Shown here: in pieces, positions 16,334 to 25,329 of the stretch
Numbering within the stretch: position 1 is the first letter of the stretch
Layout: every line of letters begins with the position of its first letter
Assembly (NCBI GenBank): GCA_042584585.1
Contig: JBHOSQ010000003.1
Location: forward strand, 39,644-103,643
From: an archaeon
GTDB lineage: Archaea > B1Sed10-29 > WALL01
Length of the DNA: 64,000 nt
Direction of reading: 5' to 3'
Position numbers and translations under genes: made by a program
The notes under the pieces: generated by a model
Databases searched by the model: none
What the model was told of the DNA's origin: nothing
The model's input: the letters and a program-made list of their open reading frames with translations, nothing else

Positions 16334-17671
16334 TTAGAGCCAAAATAGCGTCGCCAATGTAGAGAGCACTGCCACGCTGATTACCGCCAGGACGGTGCCG
16401 GCAAAGGCCATGTCCTTCACCTTGATGTAGCCCGTGGAATAAGCGATTGCTGACGGCGGGGTGCCCACCGGAACGATGAAGTCCAGGCTCACGCCCAGTG
16501 CCGCGACAATGGTCAAGAGGCGCAGCGGCAGCCCGAGCCCAATCGCGAGAGGAATGGCGACGGGCACGATTATTGCCGCGGCAGCGGTGTTGGACGCGAA
16601 GATTGTGAGCGCGATTGACGCGGCCGCCACTCCCGCGAACACGATGAACGTTGGGTTGCCGTTCAATACCGCCACGACGAGCGACGCCAATAACTGGTCC
16701 AGGCCAACCATGGTGATTGCCGTGCCGAGCGCGAGCCCGCCGCCGAACAGGATTAATGTCGGCCAGTGCGCCTTCGCGAAGTCCTCGGTCGCGAGCAGCC
16801 CGAGCAAATAAAGCAATAGGATGGGCACGATTGACACCATTGACGACGACACGCCGTGGATGCTGGTGGTGAGCCACAGCAAGGCGGTGAATGCGAACAC
16901 TCCGAGGGTGAGCTTTTGCTGCTTGGATAGTTTCGTGCTCTGCTTCTTTATCTTCAACTCTTTCTGCGGGGGGGGAAAGAACTTTGTGAGCAGGAGCCAG
17001 CAAATCGGGAGCAGGATAATCACCATTGGCAGCCCGAAGGCCATCCAGTCCGTGAAGGACAATGCGATGCCCTGGTCCGCCAAGAACTTGGCCGCGATTG
17101 CGTTCGGGGTCGAGCCAATCAAGGTGCCCATGCCGCCGATTGTCGCCGCGTAGGCCACGCCGAGCACAACGCTTTTTCCGTACTTGGACGTCAATGGCTC
17201 GATGTTGTTTGCCTTGAGGACGACGATGGCGATTGGGATGATCAGCGCGGTGGACGCGGTGTTGGTCATCCAAAACGAGAGGAACGCTGTCACGGCCATC
17301 AGCCCCAATAGGAACCGTCCGGGCGTGTGGCCGAATTTGTTGATGAAAAAGAAAGCGATTTTTTTGTCGAGGGCGTGCTTTTGCATGGCCACTGCGAGGA
17401 CGAACCCGCCCAAAAGCAGTACGACTACGGGGTCGAAAAAGGGCTGGGTTGCGTCTGCCGGTGAAAACCCTGCGAGCACCACGAGCATAAGCGGTACCGC
17501 GAGCGCGGTGACGTGGAGAGGCACGGCTTCGGTGAACCACATTGCCCCCGCGAAGGCCATGATGCCAAGCACGGACTGCATTGCTGGGTCAATGCCCAGC
17601 GGGTAGAGCCAGAAGATTAGCCCGAACACAAGCGAAAGGCCTATGCTGCGCCAGCTCGTCCGCTCTTTCAT
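16334..17671 (-). CDS. DASS/SLC13-family anion:sodium symporter-like transporter
   Basis: I chose the internal ATG at 17671, giving MKERTSWRSIGLSLVFGLIFWLYPLG...MWFTEAVPLHVTALAVPLMLVVLAG. The protein is polytopic. The longer track ORF (to 17893) would overlap the divergent aminotransferase gene. Confidence 0.75.
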   Translation of the reverse strand: MKERTSWRSIGLSLVFGLIFWLYPLGIDPAMQSVLGIMAFAGAMWFTEAVPLHVTALAVPLMLVVLAGFSPADATQPFFDPVVVLLLGGFVLAVAMQKHALDKKIAFFFINKFGHTPGRFLLGLMAVTAFLSFWMTNTASTALIIPIAIVVLKANNIEPLTSKYGKSVVLGVAYAATIGGMGTLIGSTPNAIAAKFLADQGIALSFTDWMAFGLPMVIILLPICWLLLTKFFPPPQKELKIKKQSTKLSKQQKLTLGVFAFTALLWLTTSIHGVSSSMVSIVPILLLYLLGLLATEDFAKAHWPTLILFGGGLALGTAITMVGLDQLLASLVVAVLNGNPTFIVFAGVAAASIALTIFASNTAAAAIIVPVAIPLAIGLGLPLRLLTIVAALGVSLDFIVPVGTPPSAIAYSTGYIKVKDMAFAGTVLAVISVAVLSTLATLFWL

Positions 17672-17722
17672 GAATGGGATTATCCGGTAAGGATTATTAA
17701 GCCTAACTGCATAGGGCTGTTT

Positions 17723-18994
17723 ATGCGCGCGAAAGTGACGAACGTCCCTGGCCCGAAGAGCAAGCGGATGCTGGAGAAAATGCAGAAGCTGAACGGTGGC
17801 TGGGCGCTGCCGCTGCCAATGGTGTTCGAGTCGGGGCAGGGGAGCTACTTCAAGGACGTCGACGGCAACGTTTTCCTGGACTTCGCTTCGCAAGTCGCGT
17901 CAAGCCCGCTTGGGTACAACCACCCCGCACTCAATGCCGTGCTGAAGAAGTACAACCGCGCGCCCGTGAAGCTCGCGGGCCAGGACTTTACTTTGCCGGA
18001 GCACATCGAGCTCATTGAGGAACTGGTGAAGATTTCTCCGCCCGAGATGAACGCCGCGTTCCTCACGAACAGCGGCGCCGAGGCTGTGGAAAACGCAATC
18101 AAAAGCGCGCTTCGGAAGTGCCGTGGGTATTACGGCGCGTCGTTCGAGTACGCGTTCCACGGCAGGACGCTGGGCGCATTGTCGTGCACGAACTCGAAGA
18201 TTGTGCACAAGGCGGGGTACTGGACTTTTCCTATTCAAAGGCTGCCGTTCGACGAGCGCGCGCCCGAGCTCCTCGAGGAAATGATTAAGCGCGAGGGCGG
18301 CGCGGAAAACCTGTCGTTCGTGATTATGGAGACCGTGCAGGGAGAAGGCGGGTACAACATCGCGCCCGATTCCATGATGAAGGGCATCCGCAAGGTGACG
18401 CGGGAGCACAACATTTGCCTGATTTGTGACGAAGTGCAGAGTGGTTTGGGCCGCACGGGCAAGTGGTGGGCCTTCGAGCACTATGGGATTAAGCCGGACG
18501 TGTTTTCTTCGGCAAAGGCGCTTCAGGTCGGCGCGACCATTGCGAACAGGAGCTTCTTTCCCCCGGAGCCGGCGTCAATAAGCAGCACGTGGGGCGGCGG
18601 GAGCATGATTGACCTCGCGCTTGGAATCGCGACAATCAAGGCCATCAAAAAAGAGCAGCTGCTCTCGAACTGCAGGCGCATGGGTGATTACTTGTTGAAG
18701 CAGCTGCACGAATTGGCGGCGAAGCACCCCGAAGTCACTGGCCCGAGGGGCCTTGGGCTTATGTGCGCGTTTGACTTGCCGGACAAGAAGGCGCGGGACC
18801 ACGTGGCCGAGCACTTGATTAAGAATGGTTTGATTGCGCTTGGCGCGGGAAGGAAGTCCATTCGGTTGATTCCGCCTTATACTGTTTCGGAAAAAGAGAT
18901 TGACGAGGCAATCCAGATAATCGACCGGTCGCTCGTCGAGGTCCACAAGGAGCGGAAGCCGCGCGGGCTAAGCCCGATGGAGCACGCGGTGTGA
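17723..18994 (+). CDS. Class III PLP-dependent aminotransferase (GabT / Lat / ArgD-like)
   Basis: Motifs: FLDFASQVASSPLGYNHP, TNSGAEAVENAIK, DEVQSGLGRTGKWWAFEHYGIKPDVFSSAKALQVG (PLP lysine). Confidence 0.85.
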   Translation: MRAKVTNVPGPKSKRMLEKMQKLNGGWALPLPMVFESGQGSYFKDVDGNVFLDFASQVASSPLGYNHPALNAVLKKYNRAPVKLAGQDFTLPEHIELIEELVKISPPEMNAAFLTNSGAEAVENAIKSALRKCRGYYGASFEYAFHGRTLGALSCTNSKIVHKAGYWTFPIQRLPFDERAPELLEEMIKREGGAENLSFVIMETVQGEGGYNIAPDSMMKGIRKVTREHNICLICDEVQSGLGRTGKWWAFEHYGIKPDVFSSAKALQVGATIANRSFFPPEPASISSTWGGGSMIDLALGIATIKAIKKEQLLSNCRRMGDYLLKQLHELAAKHPEVTGPRGLGLMCAFDLPDKKARDHVAEHLIKNGLIALGAGRKSIRLIPPYTVSEKEIDEAIQIIDRSLVEVHKERKPRGLSPMEHAV

Positions 18995-19578
18995 AGATGG
19001 AGAAGCGGCACGAGTACGGGGTTTGGCTGGACATAAAGAAGGTTCGGGAGCAGCCAGGGAAAAAGGCCTTCAACGTCAATGTCATGGCGTCAAGGGATTG
19101 GGATAAGCACGAGCACTCTTTTTCGTCGGAAAAAATAAGCAAGGCAATACATGACGCTGGTGGCGAGAGCAAGATTGGGGGGACTATCCTCAAAATAACG
19201 CCGCCCGACCCCGGGCGCAAGCCCGCGCATAAGTTTATCTTGGAGAGTGGGAAAGGGGATGAAAACACACGGGTGCTCATGATAACATCTATGCCAACAA
19301 TGTACGTCAAGGGGGGCAAGAAGGAACACTTCCGCGGGACCCGCCTTGGGGCAAAGTCTTGGGTAAAACTACTCGAGAAAGCGCTGGAAGAAGGGTTTGA
19401 CATATTCCATATAGACAGCACTACCCCGGAAAGCAGGGGCTTGTTCGCAAAGCTTGGCTACACCAAACCGGATAGTGTTGTTGAGTACACCGGGGCATCA
19501 GAACACAATTTTTTCTTGACGCCCGAACAGGTCAAAGACGAGCTTATCCCAAAGCTGAAAGACTTCGCGGGGAGCTAG
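18991..19578 (+). CDS. Hypothetical protein (weak GNAT-like C-terminal pattern)
   Basis: 195 aa with an ATGA overlap onto the aminotransferase gene. FRGTRLGAKSWVKLLEKALEEGFDIFHIDSTTPESRGLFAKLGY loosely resembles a GNAT motif A/B region, but the canonical R-x-x-G-x-G/A is not exact. Confidence 0.4.
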   Translation: MKMEKRHEYGVWLDIKKVREQPGKKAFNVNVMASRDWDKHEHSFSSEKISKAIHDAGGESKIGGTILKITPPDPGRKPAHKFILESGKGDENTRVLMITSMPTMYVKGGKKEHFRGTRLGAKSWVKLLEKALEEGFDIFHIDSTTPESRGLFAKLGYTKPDSVVEYTGASEHNFFLTPEQVKDELIPKLKDFAGS

Positions 19579-21014
19579 TCAATCTGCGCGCGCTGCAGGC
19601 CGCCGGAGTAGTCGACGTACACTGTTTTTGTTTCGCTAAACTCGTTGATGCCCTCGATTCCGGCTTCGCGCGTGCCGTTGCCCGTGGCTTTGGTGCCGCC
19701 GAACGGCAGGTGGACTTCCGCGCCAATCGTCGGCGCGTTTATGTAAGTGATTCCCGCCTCGAGGTCGCGCATCGCGGTGAACGCGCTGTTGACGTCACGC
19801 GTGTAAATCGACGACGACAAGCCGTAGCCGATGTTGTTCGCGACAGTGATTGCCTCTTTCAAAGAAGAGACGGTGATGACCGATGTCACCGGCCCAAAAA
19901 TTTCTTCTTGCGCGATGCGTGCGTTGGGCTTTACCTTCGTGAAGATGGTCGGCTCGAAAAAGTTTCCTTCCAAGTGGTTGCCGCCGCAGAATAATTTGCC
20001 TTCCTTCTTTCCGATGGCGACGTAGTCCTTGGTCTTTTCGACTGCTGCGGCGTTCACGAGCGGGCCGACGTCCGCGCGCATGCCGTAGCCAATTGTGAGA
20101 TTGCCTGTTGCCTTCAAGAGCTTTGCCAGCAGCGGCTTTTCGACGGACTTATGCACGATGGCCCTGGACGCCGCGGTGCAGCGCTGGCCGGTGGTGCCGA
20201 ACGCGGCCCACACGATTCCGTCGACCGCCAGGTCTAGGTCGGCGTCGTCCATGACTATTATTGGGTTTTTTCCGCCGAGCTCAATCCCGACTTTTTTGAG
20301 GCCGGCGTTTTGCGTGACGAACTCGCCGACTTCCCGCGAGCCGGTGAAGGAGATGGCGTCGATGCCGTTGTGCTTGACGATTGGTGCGCCGACTTCGCGG
20401 CCGCTCCCGGTGACGAGGTTGACCACACCGGGCGGAACGCCTGCCTCGGAAAGGATTTTGACTAGTTCCATCGCGCACTTCGGTGTGTCGGAGGCTGGCT
20501 TGAACACTGCGGTGTTGCCTGCGACTAAGCAGGGCGCGAGCTTCCACGCGGGGATGGCAATGGGAAAGTTCCAGGGGGTGATGAGCCCGCACACGCCGAC
20601 TGGCACACGGAGGGTCATGGCGAACTTGTTGGGGAGTTCGCTGGGGGTGGTGTGGCCAAAGAATCGGCGGCCTTCGGCGGCCATGTATTCGAATACGTCA
20701 ATTGCTTCCTGGACGTCGCCGAGGCCTTCCGAGATTTGCTTGCCCATTTCGTCGGTGACTAAGCGGCCCAGGCGCTTCTTGTTTTTCTTGAGGATGCGGG
20801 CTGTCTCGAACAGGATTTCTCCGCGGTCCGGCGCGGGCATCAAGCGGTATTTTTTGTATGCCTTTCTGGCTGCTTTGGCAGCGAGGTCGACGTCTTTGGC
20901 GTTGCCGGCCTGGAACGTGCCGATGCTGCCTCCGGTCGCGGGGTTTTTGGAGGCAAAGGTCTTGCCACTCGTTGATTTTACCCATTTTCCGCCGATGAAG
21001 AGCTTTTCAGCCAT
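19575..21014 (-). CDS. NAD(P)+-dependent aldehyde dehydrogenase
   Basis: Motifs: ITPWNFP, FKPASDTP, ELGGKNP, GQRCTA (catalytic Cys), EEIFGPV. Confidence 0.9.
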   Translation of the reverse strand: MAEKLFIGGKWVKSTSGKTFASKNPATGGSIGTFQAGNAKDVDLAAKAARKAYKKYRLMPAPDRGEILFETARILKKNKKRLGRLVTDEMGKQISEGLGDVQEAIDVFEYMAAEGRRFFGHTTPSELPNKFAMTLRVPVGVCGLITPWNFPIAIPAWKLAPCLVAGNTAVFKPASDTPKCAMELVKILSEAGVPPGVVNLVTGSGREVGAPIVKHNGIDAISFTGSREVGEFVTQNAGLKKVGIELGGKNPIIVMDDADLDLAVDGIVWAAFGTTGQRCTAASRAIVHKSVEKPLLAKLLKATGNLTIGYGMRADVGPLVNAAAVEKTKDYVAIGKKEGKLFCGGNHLEGNFFEPTIFTKVKPNARIAQEEIFGPVTSVITVSSLKEAITVANNIGYGLSSSIYTRDVNSAFTAMRDLEAGITYINAPTIGAEVHLPFGGTKATGNGTREAGIEGINEFSETKTVYVDYSGGLQRAQID

Positions 21015-21079
21015 TTTGGACCACCGTGTGCAAAAAAGCAGGCGAAATATTTATTAGTATGGATGTGCCATTTTTTAGT

Positions 21080-21376
21080 ATGGACGAGAATGCCATTCTG
21101 GACCGCATTGATGAGCTGTGCGAGGACACTAAGCTGGTGGCCGAGCTGAAGAAGGAGCTTGTCAAGGACAATGCGTTGAAGGGGATGCTCGGGATTTTCG
21201 AGCTGGACGAGGCCGCGCGGGTGAACCCGATAGAGATTTACAACGCGCTCGAGAAATCGAAGCTTTCGAAGCAGGCCGAGGAGTTCCGGGACTTGTGCTT
21301 CAAGCTTGCTGATTCTGCACACGCTGTCGCCGCGAAGAAGAGGACCGAGCTCGGGCTAGAGGGCGGCGAGGACTAA
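21080..21376 (+). CDS. Small acidic hypothetical protein
   Basis: I chose ATG at 21080, about 27 nt downstream of aaatatttatta, giving MDENAILDRIDELCEDTKLVAELKKEL. The track start at 21026 and ATG 21059 are in-frame alternatives. Confidence 0.4.
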   Translation: MDENAILDRIDELCEDTKLVAELKKELVKDNALKGMLGIFELDEAARVNPIEIYNALEKSKLSKQAEEFRDLCFKLADSAHAVAAKKRTELGLEGGED

Positions 21377-21927
21377 AGGCGCGGCCCGTGCCCAGGCAAA
21401 AGAATTGAATAGTCTAAGCCGCGGAGCATTGCGAGGGACTGCTGCATTTGTTTTTCGTTTCCGCCGGGGAGGTCGGTGCGGCCGACACCGTCCGCGAACA
21501 GGCAGTCGCCGCTGATTAGGACGGAGTCTTTGTACAAGCACACCGAGCCTTCGGTGTGGCCGGGCGTGTGCAAAACGCTCCAGCCGTGAAAGTCTTTTGG
21601 GAGTGGAAGTGGATTGGATGGGGGCAGTTTTTCGCCGAACATTCCTGAAGCCGTGTGGTCCGGGTCGCCGCTCGCGAGGAACGAGAGGTCGCCTGTATGT
21701 ATATACACGGGGCAGTCGAAGAAGTGGTTGCCGCCGATGTGGTCGAAGTGGCAGTGCGTGTTCACGATTGCGTCGATGGAATGGCCGGCGACTTCTTTTT
21801 TCAAGTGCTCAATGTTTTCGCCGGTCCCTGTGTCGACGAGGAAAGTGATGTCTGAGACCACGAGGATTGAATTGGAGTCATAGCCCCGGCCGGGGATGAA
21901 AAACACTGAGTCGGTGATTTGTTGCAT
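21373..21927 (-). CDS. Metallo-beta-lactamase-fold hydrolase
   Basis: HCHFDHIGG (HxHxDH), with downstream HTPGHT and a DLPGG region. Confidence 0.8.
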   Translation of the reverse strand: MQQITDSVFFIPGRGYDSNSILVVSDITFLVDTGTGENIEHLKKEVAGHSIDAIVNTHCHFDHIGGNHFFDCPVYIHTGDLSFLASGDPDHTASGMFGEKLPPSNPLPLPKDFHGWSVLHTPGHTEGSVCLYKDSVLISGDCLFADGVGRTDLPGGNEKQMQQSLAMLRGLDYSILLPGHGPRL

Positions 21928-21936
21928 TTGTGCCAG

Positions 21937-22305
21937 CTACCTTTTGGGCTTGGTCGTGAAAATCAGGTGCCTGCCGCCTATGCTCAGGTCGGCGAACAGG
22001 TTGGGCTCCTTGAAGAACTCGTCCAGCTCCCCCAACTCTTCTGCGGAAAGCCCGAGCTCTTGCGCCAGGCCATTAATCCCTTTCGAGGCAACTAATTCAA
22101 GCAGGGCCTTTCGGGCAATGGGTTTCTTTGCCCTGATTTCGGCCACAAACTTTTTCACTTCCGGGTTGGCCGAGGGAAGCTCCTGCTTCCCCAAAACGGT
22201 TATGTGCTCCTTGGCCTCGGGAGTGAACTGGGTGTTTCCCAAGTGGAAGCGCGCGTGGAAAATACGGCCTTCCTCGCCGCGCTTGAAGTCAACAATTTCA
22301 GCCAA
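21937..22305 (-). CDS. Hypothetical protein
   Basis: 122 aa with a TTG start (the track start) and GGTGA 7 nt upstream. No family recognised. Confidence 0.5.
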   Translation of the reverse strand: MAEIVDFKRGEEGRIFHARFHLGNTQFTPEAKEHITVLGKQELPSANPEVKKFVAEIRAKKPIARKALLELVASKGINGLAQELGLSAEELGELDEFFKEPNLFADLSIGGRHLIFTTKPKR

Positions 22306-22397
22306 AATCAGGTCACCTGTGGTTGTTTAAGGGATTTGCTGGTTAAAAGGCTTTTGTCCTCGGCAGCAGCCAGCAGGGGAACTGGAAGCCCTTTCTC

Positions 22398-22428
22398 GGG
22401 GGGCTGCGTCGATTTGACGCTGCCCCCC
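22398..22428 (+). other. Strong GC-clamped hairpin GGGGGGCTGCGTC-GATTT-GACGCTGCCCCCC followed by AATTTTGT
   Basis: The stem is 7 bp, a T:T mismatch, then 5 bp, with a 5-nt loop. It lies in a 215-bp divergent intergenic region and has the same G6...C6 architecture as the palindrome at 16278. Confidence 0.8.
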
Positions 22429-22488
22429 AATTTTGTGGCGTTGGCCTCTGGTTTTATGGTTTCGTCCTCGGCAAGCCGTATGCCTCGC

Positions 22489-22496
22489 TTTATAAA
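22489..22496 (+). promoter_or_regulatory. TATA box (tttataaa) 25 nt upstream of the rpa ATG (leaderless)
   Basis: cgctttataaatgcc; the distance to ATG 22521 is about 25 nt. Confidence 0.45.
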
Positions 22497-22520
22497 TGCC
22501 CGTCTGGCGTTGCCTTACCC

Positions 22521-23774
22521 ATGGTCAACGAAGTGCTCGAGAACAAGGACGCGATTGTCGGGAAGCTGGTCGAGTCCGGAATGGCGCAGGACGAGATTGA
22601 CGCCAAAATCCGGGACAAGCAGGAGGAGTACGGCGGGTTGCTCACGGACGCCGGCGCGGCGTACGCAATCGCGAAAGAGGCAGGGGTGGACGTTGGCTTC
22701 GACCCCGAGCCAGTCATGGTCAAAATCAACGAGGTCAAGCCGGATGTTGAGGGCGTTGACGTCGAGGGGGAGGTCACGCAAGTCTTTCCAGTCAAGAACT
22801 GGGAAAAGAACGGCAAGAAAGGCAAGGTCGGAAGCGTCATAGTCAAAGACGGAACCGGCGAAATCCGAGTGACGCTGTGGAACAGCGACTGCGACATGAT
22901 TGAAAACGGGGAAATCCAGCGCGGGGCGAAAGTCAAGGCGATGAACTGCTCTGCGAAGGAGAGGAACGGCATGGTCGAGCTCAGCCTCGGCTACCGCGGG
23001 GAAATCAAGGTCACGGAAAAGGGAATGCCTGAACTGACGAAGCTCAGTGACGTGGCGGAGGGGATGAATGACGTTAACTTTGCCGCGAGGATTGAAAGGG
23101 TTTTTCCACTGACGGAGTTCGAGCGCCAGGGCAAGAAGGGCAAAGTGTTGTCGATGATTGTTTCGGACGGCGCCGAGTGCAGGCTCGCGCTGTGGGACGA
23201 CAACGCGAACTGGGACGGGAAGGTCCGCGAGGGCGACACGATTCTCGTCGAGGGTGCTTATGTCCGGGTCAACCGGGGAAAGCCGGAACTGAACCTGGGG
23301 TGGAGGGGGCGATTGATTCCGAACCCTGTGGGGGTTACACTTGCATTGAGTGGTGCGGCGAGGAGCGAGGTCTCGGGCCTGAAGGGCGGCGAGAAAAAAG
23401 AAATCCGCGCGACGGTTGTCAAGGTCTACCCGCCAAGCATTTACCAAGTGTGCGTGAACTGCGGGAAAAAACACGACGGTGAGTGCTGCGGCCCGGCCAA
23501 GCCAGCGATGGTGGTTAATGCCGAGCTTGATGACGGCACTGGCGTGGTGCGCGGAGTGTTTTTCCGCGAACAGGCAGAGAAGTTGGTTGGGTGCACGGCA
23601 GAAGAGTACAGCAAGGACTCGTCTGCTTTCGCCGAGGCCAAGCCACTTGGCATGGAAATGCTCTTCAATGGCACGGCTCGGAACAACGAGGCGTTCGACC
23701 GCGACGAGTTCATAGTACGCGAGTTCCACGACATAAATGTTGAACAGGAAATAGAAATGCTCAAAGGTGAATGA
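22521..23774 (+). CDS. rpa: Replication protein A-like ssDNA-binding protein (three OB folds, zinc-ribbon in the last)
   Basis: Repeated OB pattern V.GEVTQVFPVKNWEKNGKKGKVGSVIVKDGTGEIRVTLW / ARIERVFPLTEFERQGKKGKVLSMIVSDGAECRLALW. Zinc-ribbon segment is CVNCGKKHDGECCG. Confidence 0.85.
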   Translation: MVNEVLENKDAIVGKLVESGMAQDEIDAKIRDKQEEYGGLLTDAGAAYAIAKEAGVDVGFDPEPVMVKINEVKPDVEGVDVEGEVTQVFPVKNWEKNGKKGKVGSVIVKDGTGEIRVTLWNSDCDMIENGEIQRGAKVKAMNCSAKERNGMVELSLGYRGEIKVTEKGMPELTKLSDVAEGMNDVNFAARIERVFPLTEFERQGKKGKVLSMIVSDGAECRLALWDDNANWDGKVREGDTILVEGAYVRVNRGKPELNLGWRGRLIPNPVGVTLALSGAARSEVSGLKGGEKKEIRATVVKVYPPSIYQVCVNCGKKHDGECCGPAKPAMVVNAELDDGTGVVRGVFFREQAEKLVGCTAEEYSKDSSAFAEAKPLGMEMLFNGTARNNEAFDRDEFIVREFHDINVEQEIEMLKGE

Positions 23775-23777
23775 AAA

Positions 23778-24725
23778 ATGACGGAAAAAAAAACAGGAAT
23801 TGAAGACCTGCCCGGTGTCGGAACGGCTACGGCAGACAAGCTCCGCGAAGCCGGGTTCAGGGGCGTCGAGAGCATTGCGGTCGCAGCAGTCGGAGAATTA
23901 ATGGACGCGACCGGGATGGGGGAAAGCATCTGCAAGAAACTAATCAATGCCGCGAGCGATACGTGTGAAATGGGGTTCGAGACCGCGAACCAGTTAATGG
24001 AAAAGCGCGCGAGCGTCGGCAAGATAACCACGGGATCAAAGTCACTGGACGAATTAATGGGTGGCGGAATTGAGACGCGGTCCATCAGCGAGTTTTACGG
24101 CCGGTACGGCAGCGGGAAGACGCAGATTGCTCTTCAGTTGTGCATCAACGCGCAATTGCCTGTCGAGCAGGGTGGGCTCGACGGCGGCTCACTGTACATT
24201 GACACCGAGGGCTCGTTCAGGCCCGAGCGCGTGAGGCAAATGGCGGAGGCCGCTGGCCTGGACCAAACGGAAGCGCTCGACAAGATTTTCGTGGCGAGGG
24301 CGTTCAACTCGGATCACCAAATGCTATTGGCAGATAAAGCAAGTGAAATGATAGAAGAAAACAACATCAAGCTTGTTGTGGTGGACTCATTGACGAGCGC
24401 GTTCAGGGCGGAGTACGTGGGCCGCGGGACATTGGCTGGCAGGCAGCAGAAATTGAACCGGCACTTGCACACGCTGCAGAGGCTTGCGGACCTTAACAAC
24501 CTCGCGATTATTGTGACAAACCAGGTCATGGCAAACCCGGGACTGCTGTTCGGCGACCCGACGACGCCAATCGGCGGGCACATCGTGGGGCACCAGAGCA
24601 CTTACCGTGTTTACCTGCGGAACAGCCAGGGCGAAAAGCGGATTGCGCGGCTCGTTGACAGCCCGTGTTTGCCGGACGGAGAAACCGTGTTTAAGATAAC
24701 ACCGAGGGGGCTGGACGACGCATAA
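23778..24725 (+). CDS. radA: DNA repair and recombination protein RadA
   Basis: N-terminal HhH motif [18 protein letters not shown]. Walker A is GRYGSGKTQ; also [15 protein letters not shown] and the AIIVTNQV motif. Confidence 0.95.
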   Translation: MTEKKTGIEDLPGVGTATADKLREAGFRGVESIAVAAVGELMDATGMGESICKKLINAASDTCEMGFETANQLMEKRASVGKITTGSKSLDELMGGGIETRSISEFYGRYGSGKTQIALQLCINAQLPVEQGGLDGGSLYIDTEGSFRPERVRQMAEAAGLDQTEALDKIFVARAFNSDHQMLLADKASEMIEENNIKLVVVDSLTSAFRAEYVGRGTLAGRQQKLNRHLHTLQRLADLNNLAIIVTNQVMANPGLLFGDPTTPIGGHIVGHQSTYRVYLRNSQGEKRIARLVDSPCLPDGETVFKITPRGLDDA

Positions 24726-24768
24726 GCTTTAAAACCCGGACCGAGTTATTGCAAACCGGTGATCCTGA

Positions 24769-25329
24769 ATGATTGAATGGCTAGCACTTGGAGCAGTCTT
24801 GGTGGTGATTTTGGCGGTTGTAATCACTCTCGTAGTGGTATACAATTCGTTCATCAGCCTCAAGACCCAAATGGAAAACGCACTGGCACAGATTGACGTG
24901 CAAACCAAGCGGCGCTTTGACTTGGTTCCGAACCTCGTCGAGACCGTGAAGGGCTACGCAAAGCACGAGAAGGGCACGCTTACGGAAGTCACGAAGGCTC
25001 GCGCCGCGATTAGCAAGGCCTCGACTCCGGGCGGCAAGCTGGCCGCGGAAAACTTGTTGACCGGCGCACTGAAAAGCTTGTTCGCCGTGAGCGAGAACTA
25101 TCCCAAGCTTCAGGCGAACCAAAACTTTTTGATGCTGCAGGAAGAATTGTCTGGCATTGAGGGCAAGATTGCGTTCGCGAGGCAGTTCTACAACGACGCA
25201 ATCATGCGGTGGAACAAGCAAGTGCAGTCGTTCCCCAGCAACGTTGTGGCCGGATTGTTTGGCTTCAAGGCACAGACGCACCTCGAGGCAACGGCGGCTG
25301 AGCGCAAGGCAGTGAAAGTGAAGTTCTGA
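24769..25329 (+). CDS. lemA: LemA family membrane protein
   Basis: N-terminal TM, then YNSFISLKTQMENALAQIDVQTKRRFDLVPNLVETVKGYAKHEKGTLTEV...ENYPKLQANQNF. Confidence 0.85.
   Translation: MIEWLALGAVLVVILAVVITLVVVYNSFISLKTQMENALAQIDVQTKRRFDLVPNLVETVKGYAKHEKGTLTEVTKARAAISKASTPGGKLAAENLLTGALKSLFAVSENYPKLQANQNFLMLQEELSGIEGKIAFARQFYNDAIMRWNKQVQSFPSNVVAGLFGFKAQTHLEATAAERKAVKVKF

Noticed and set aside
16310-16337. GCTTAG repeated three times just downstream of the 30-bp palindrome
   Set aside because: It is short and irregularly spaced (13 and 9 nt). The last copy contains the transporter stop codon, and on the minus strand the copies read as back-up CTAA stops. It is probably incidental.
16299-17540. 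413-aa minus-strand ORF in an alternative frame of the transporter gene
   Set aside because: Its R/G/H/A-rich composition has no TM segments or motifs, while the overlapping frame encodes a coherent polytopic DASS-like transporter.
17672-17893. 74-codon N-terminal extension of the transporter ORF in the track
   Set aside because: The extension overlaps the divergent aminotransferase gene and looks non-proteinaceous. The internal ATG at 17671 gives a typical transporter N-terminus.
22320-22440. Possible tRNA or C/D-box sRNA in the rpa upstream region
   Set aside because: The hairpin loop is 5 nt and the G6/C6 arms pair directly with each other, so there is no acceptor/T-arm geometry. No RUGAUGA/CUGA boxes were seen. 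It is kept only as an unexplained structured element in the findings.
22515-23729. 404-aa minus-strand ORF
   Set aside because: It is antisense to the RPA gene, whose OB-fold repeats and zinc ribbon are unambiguous on the plus strand.
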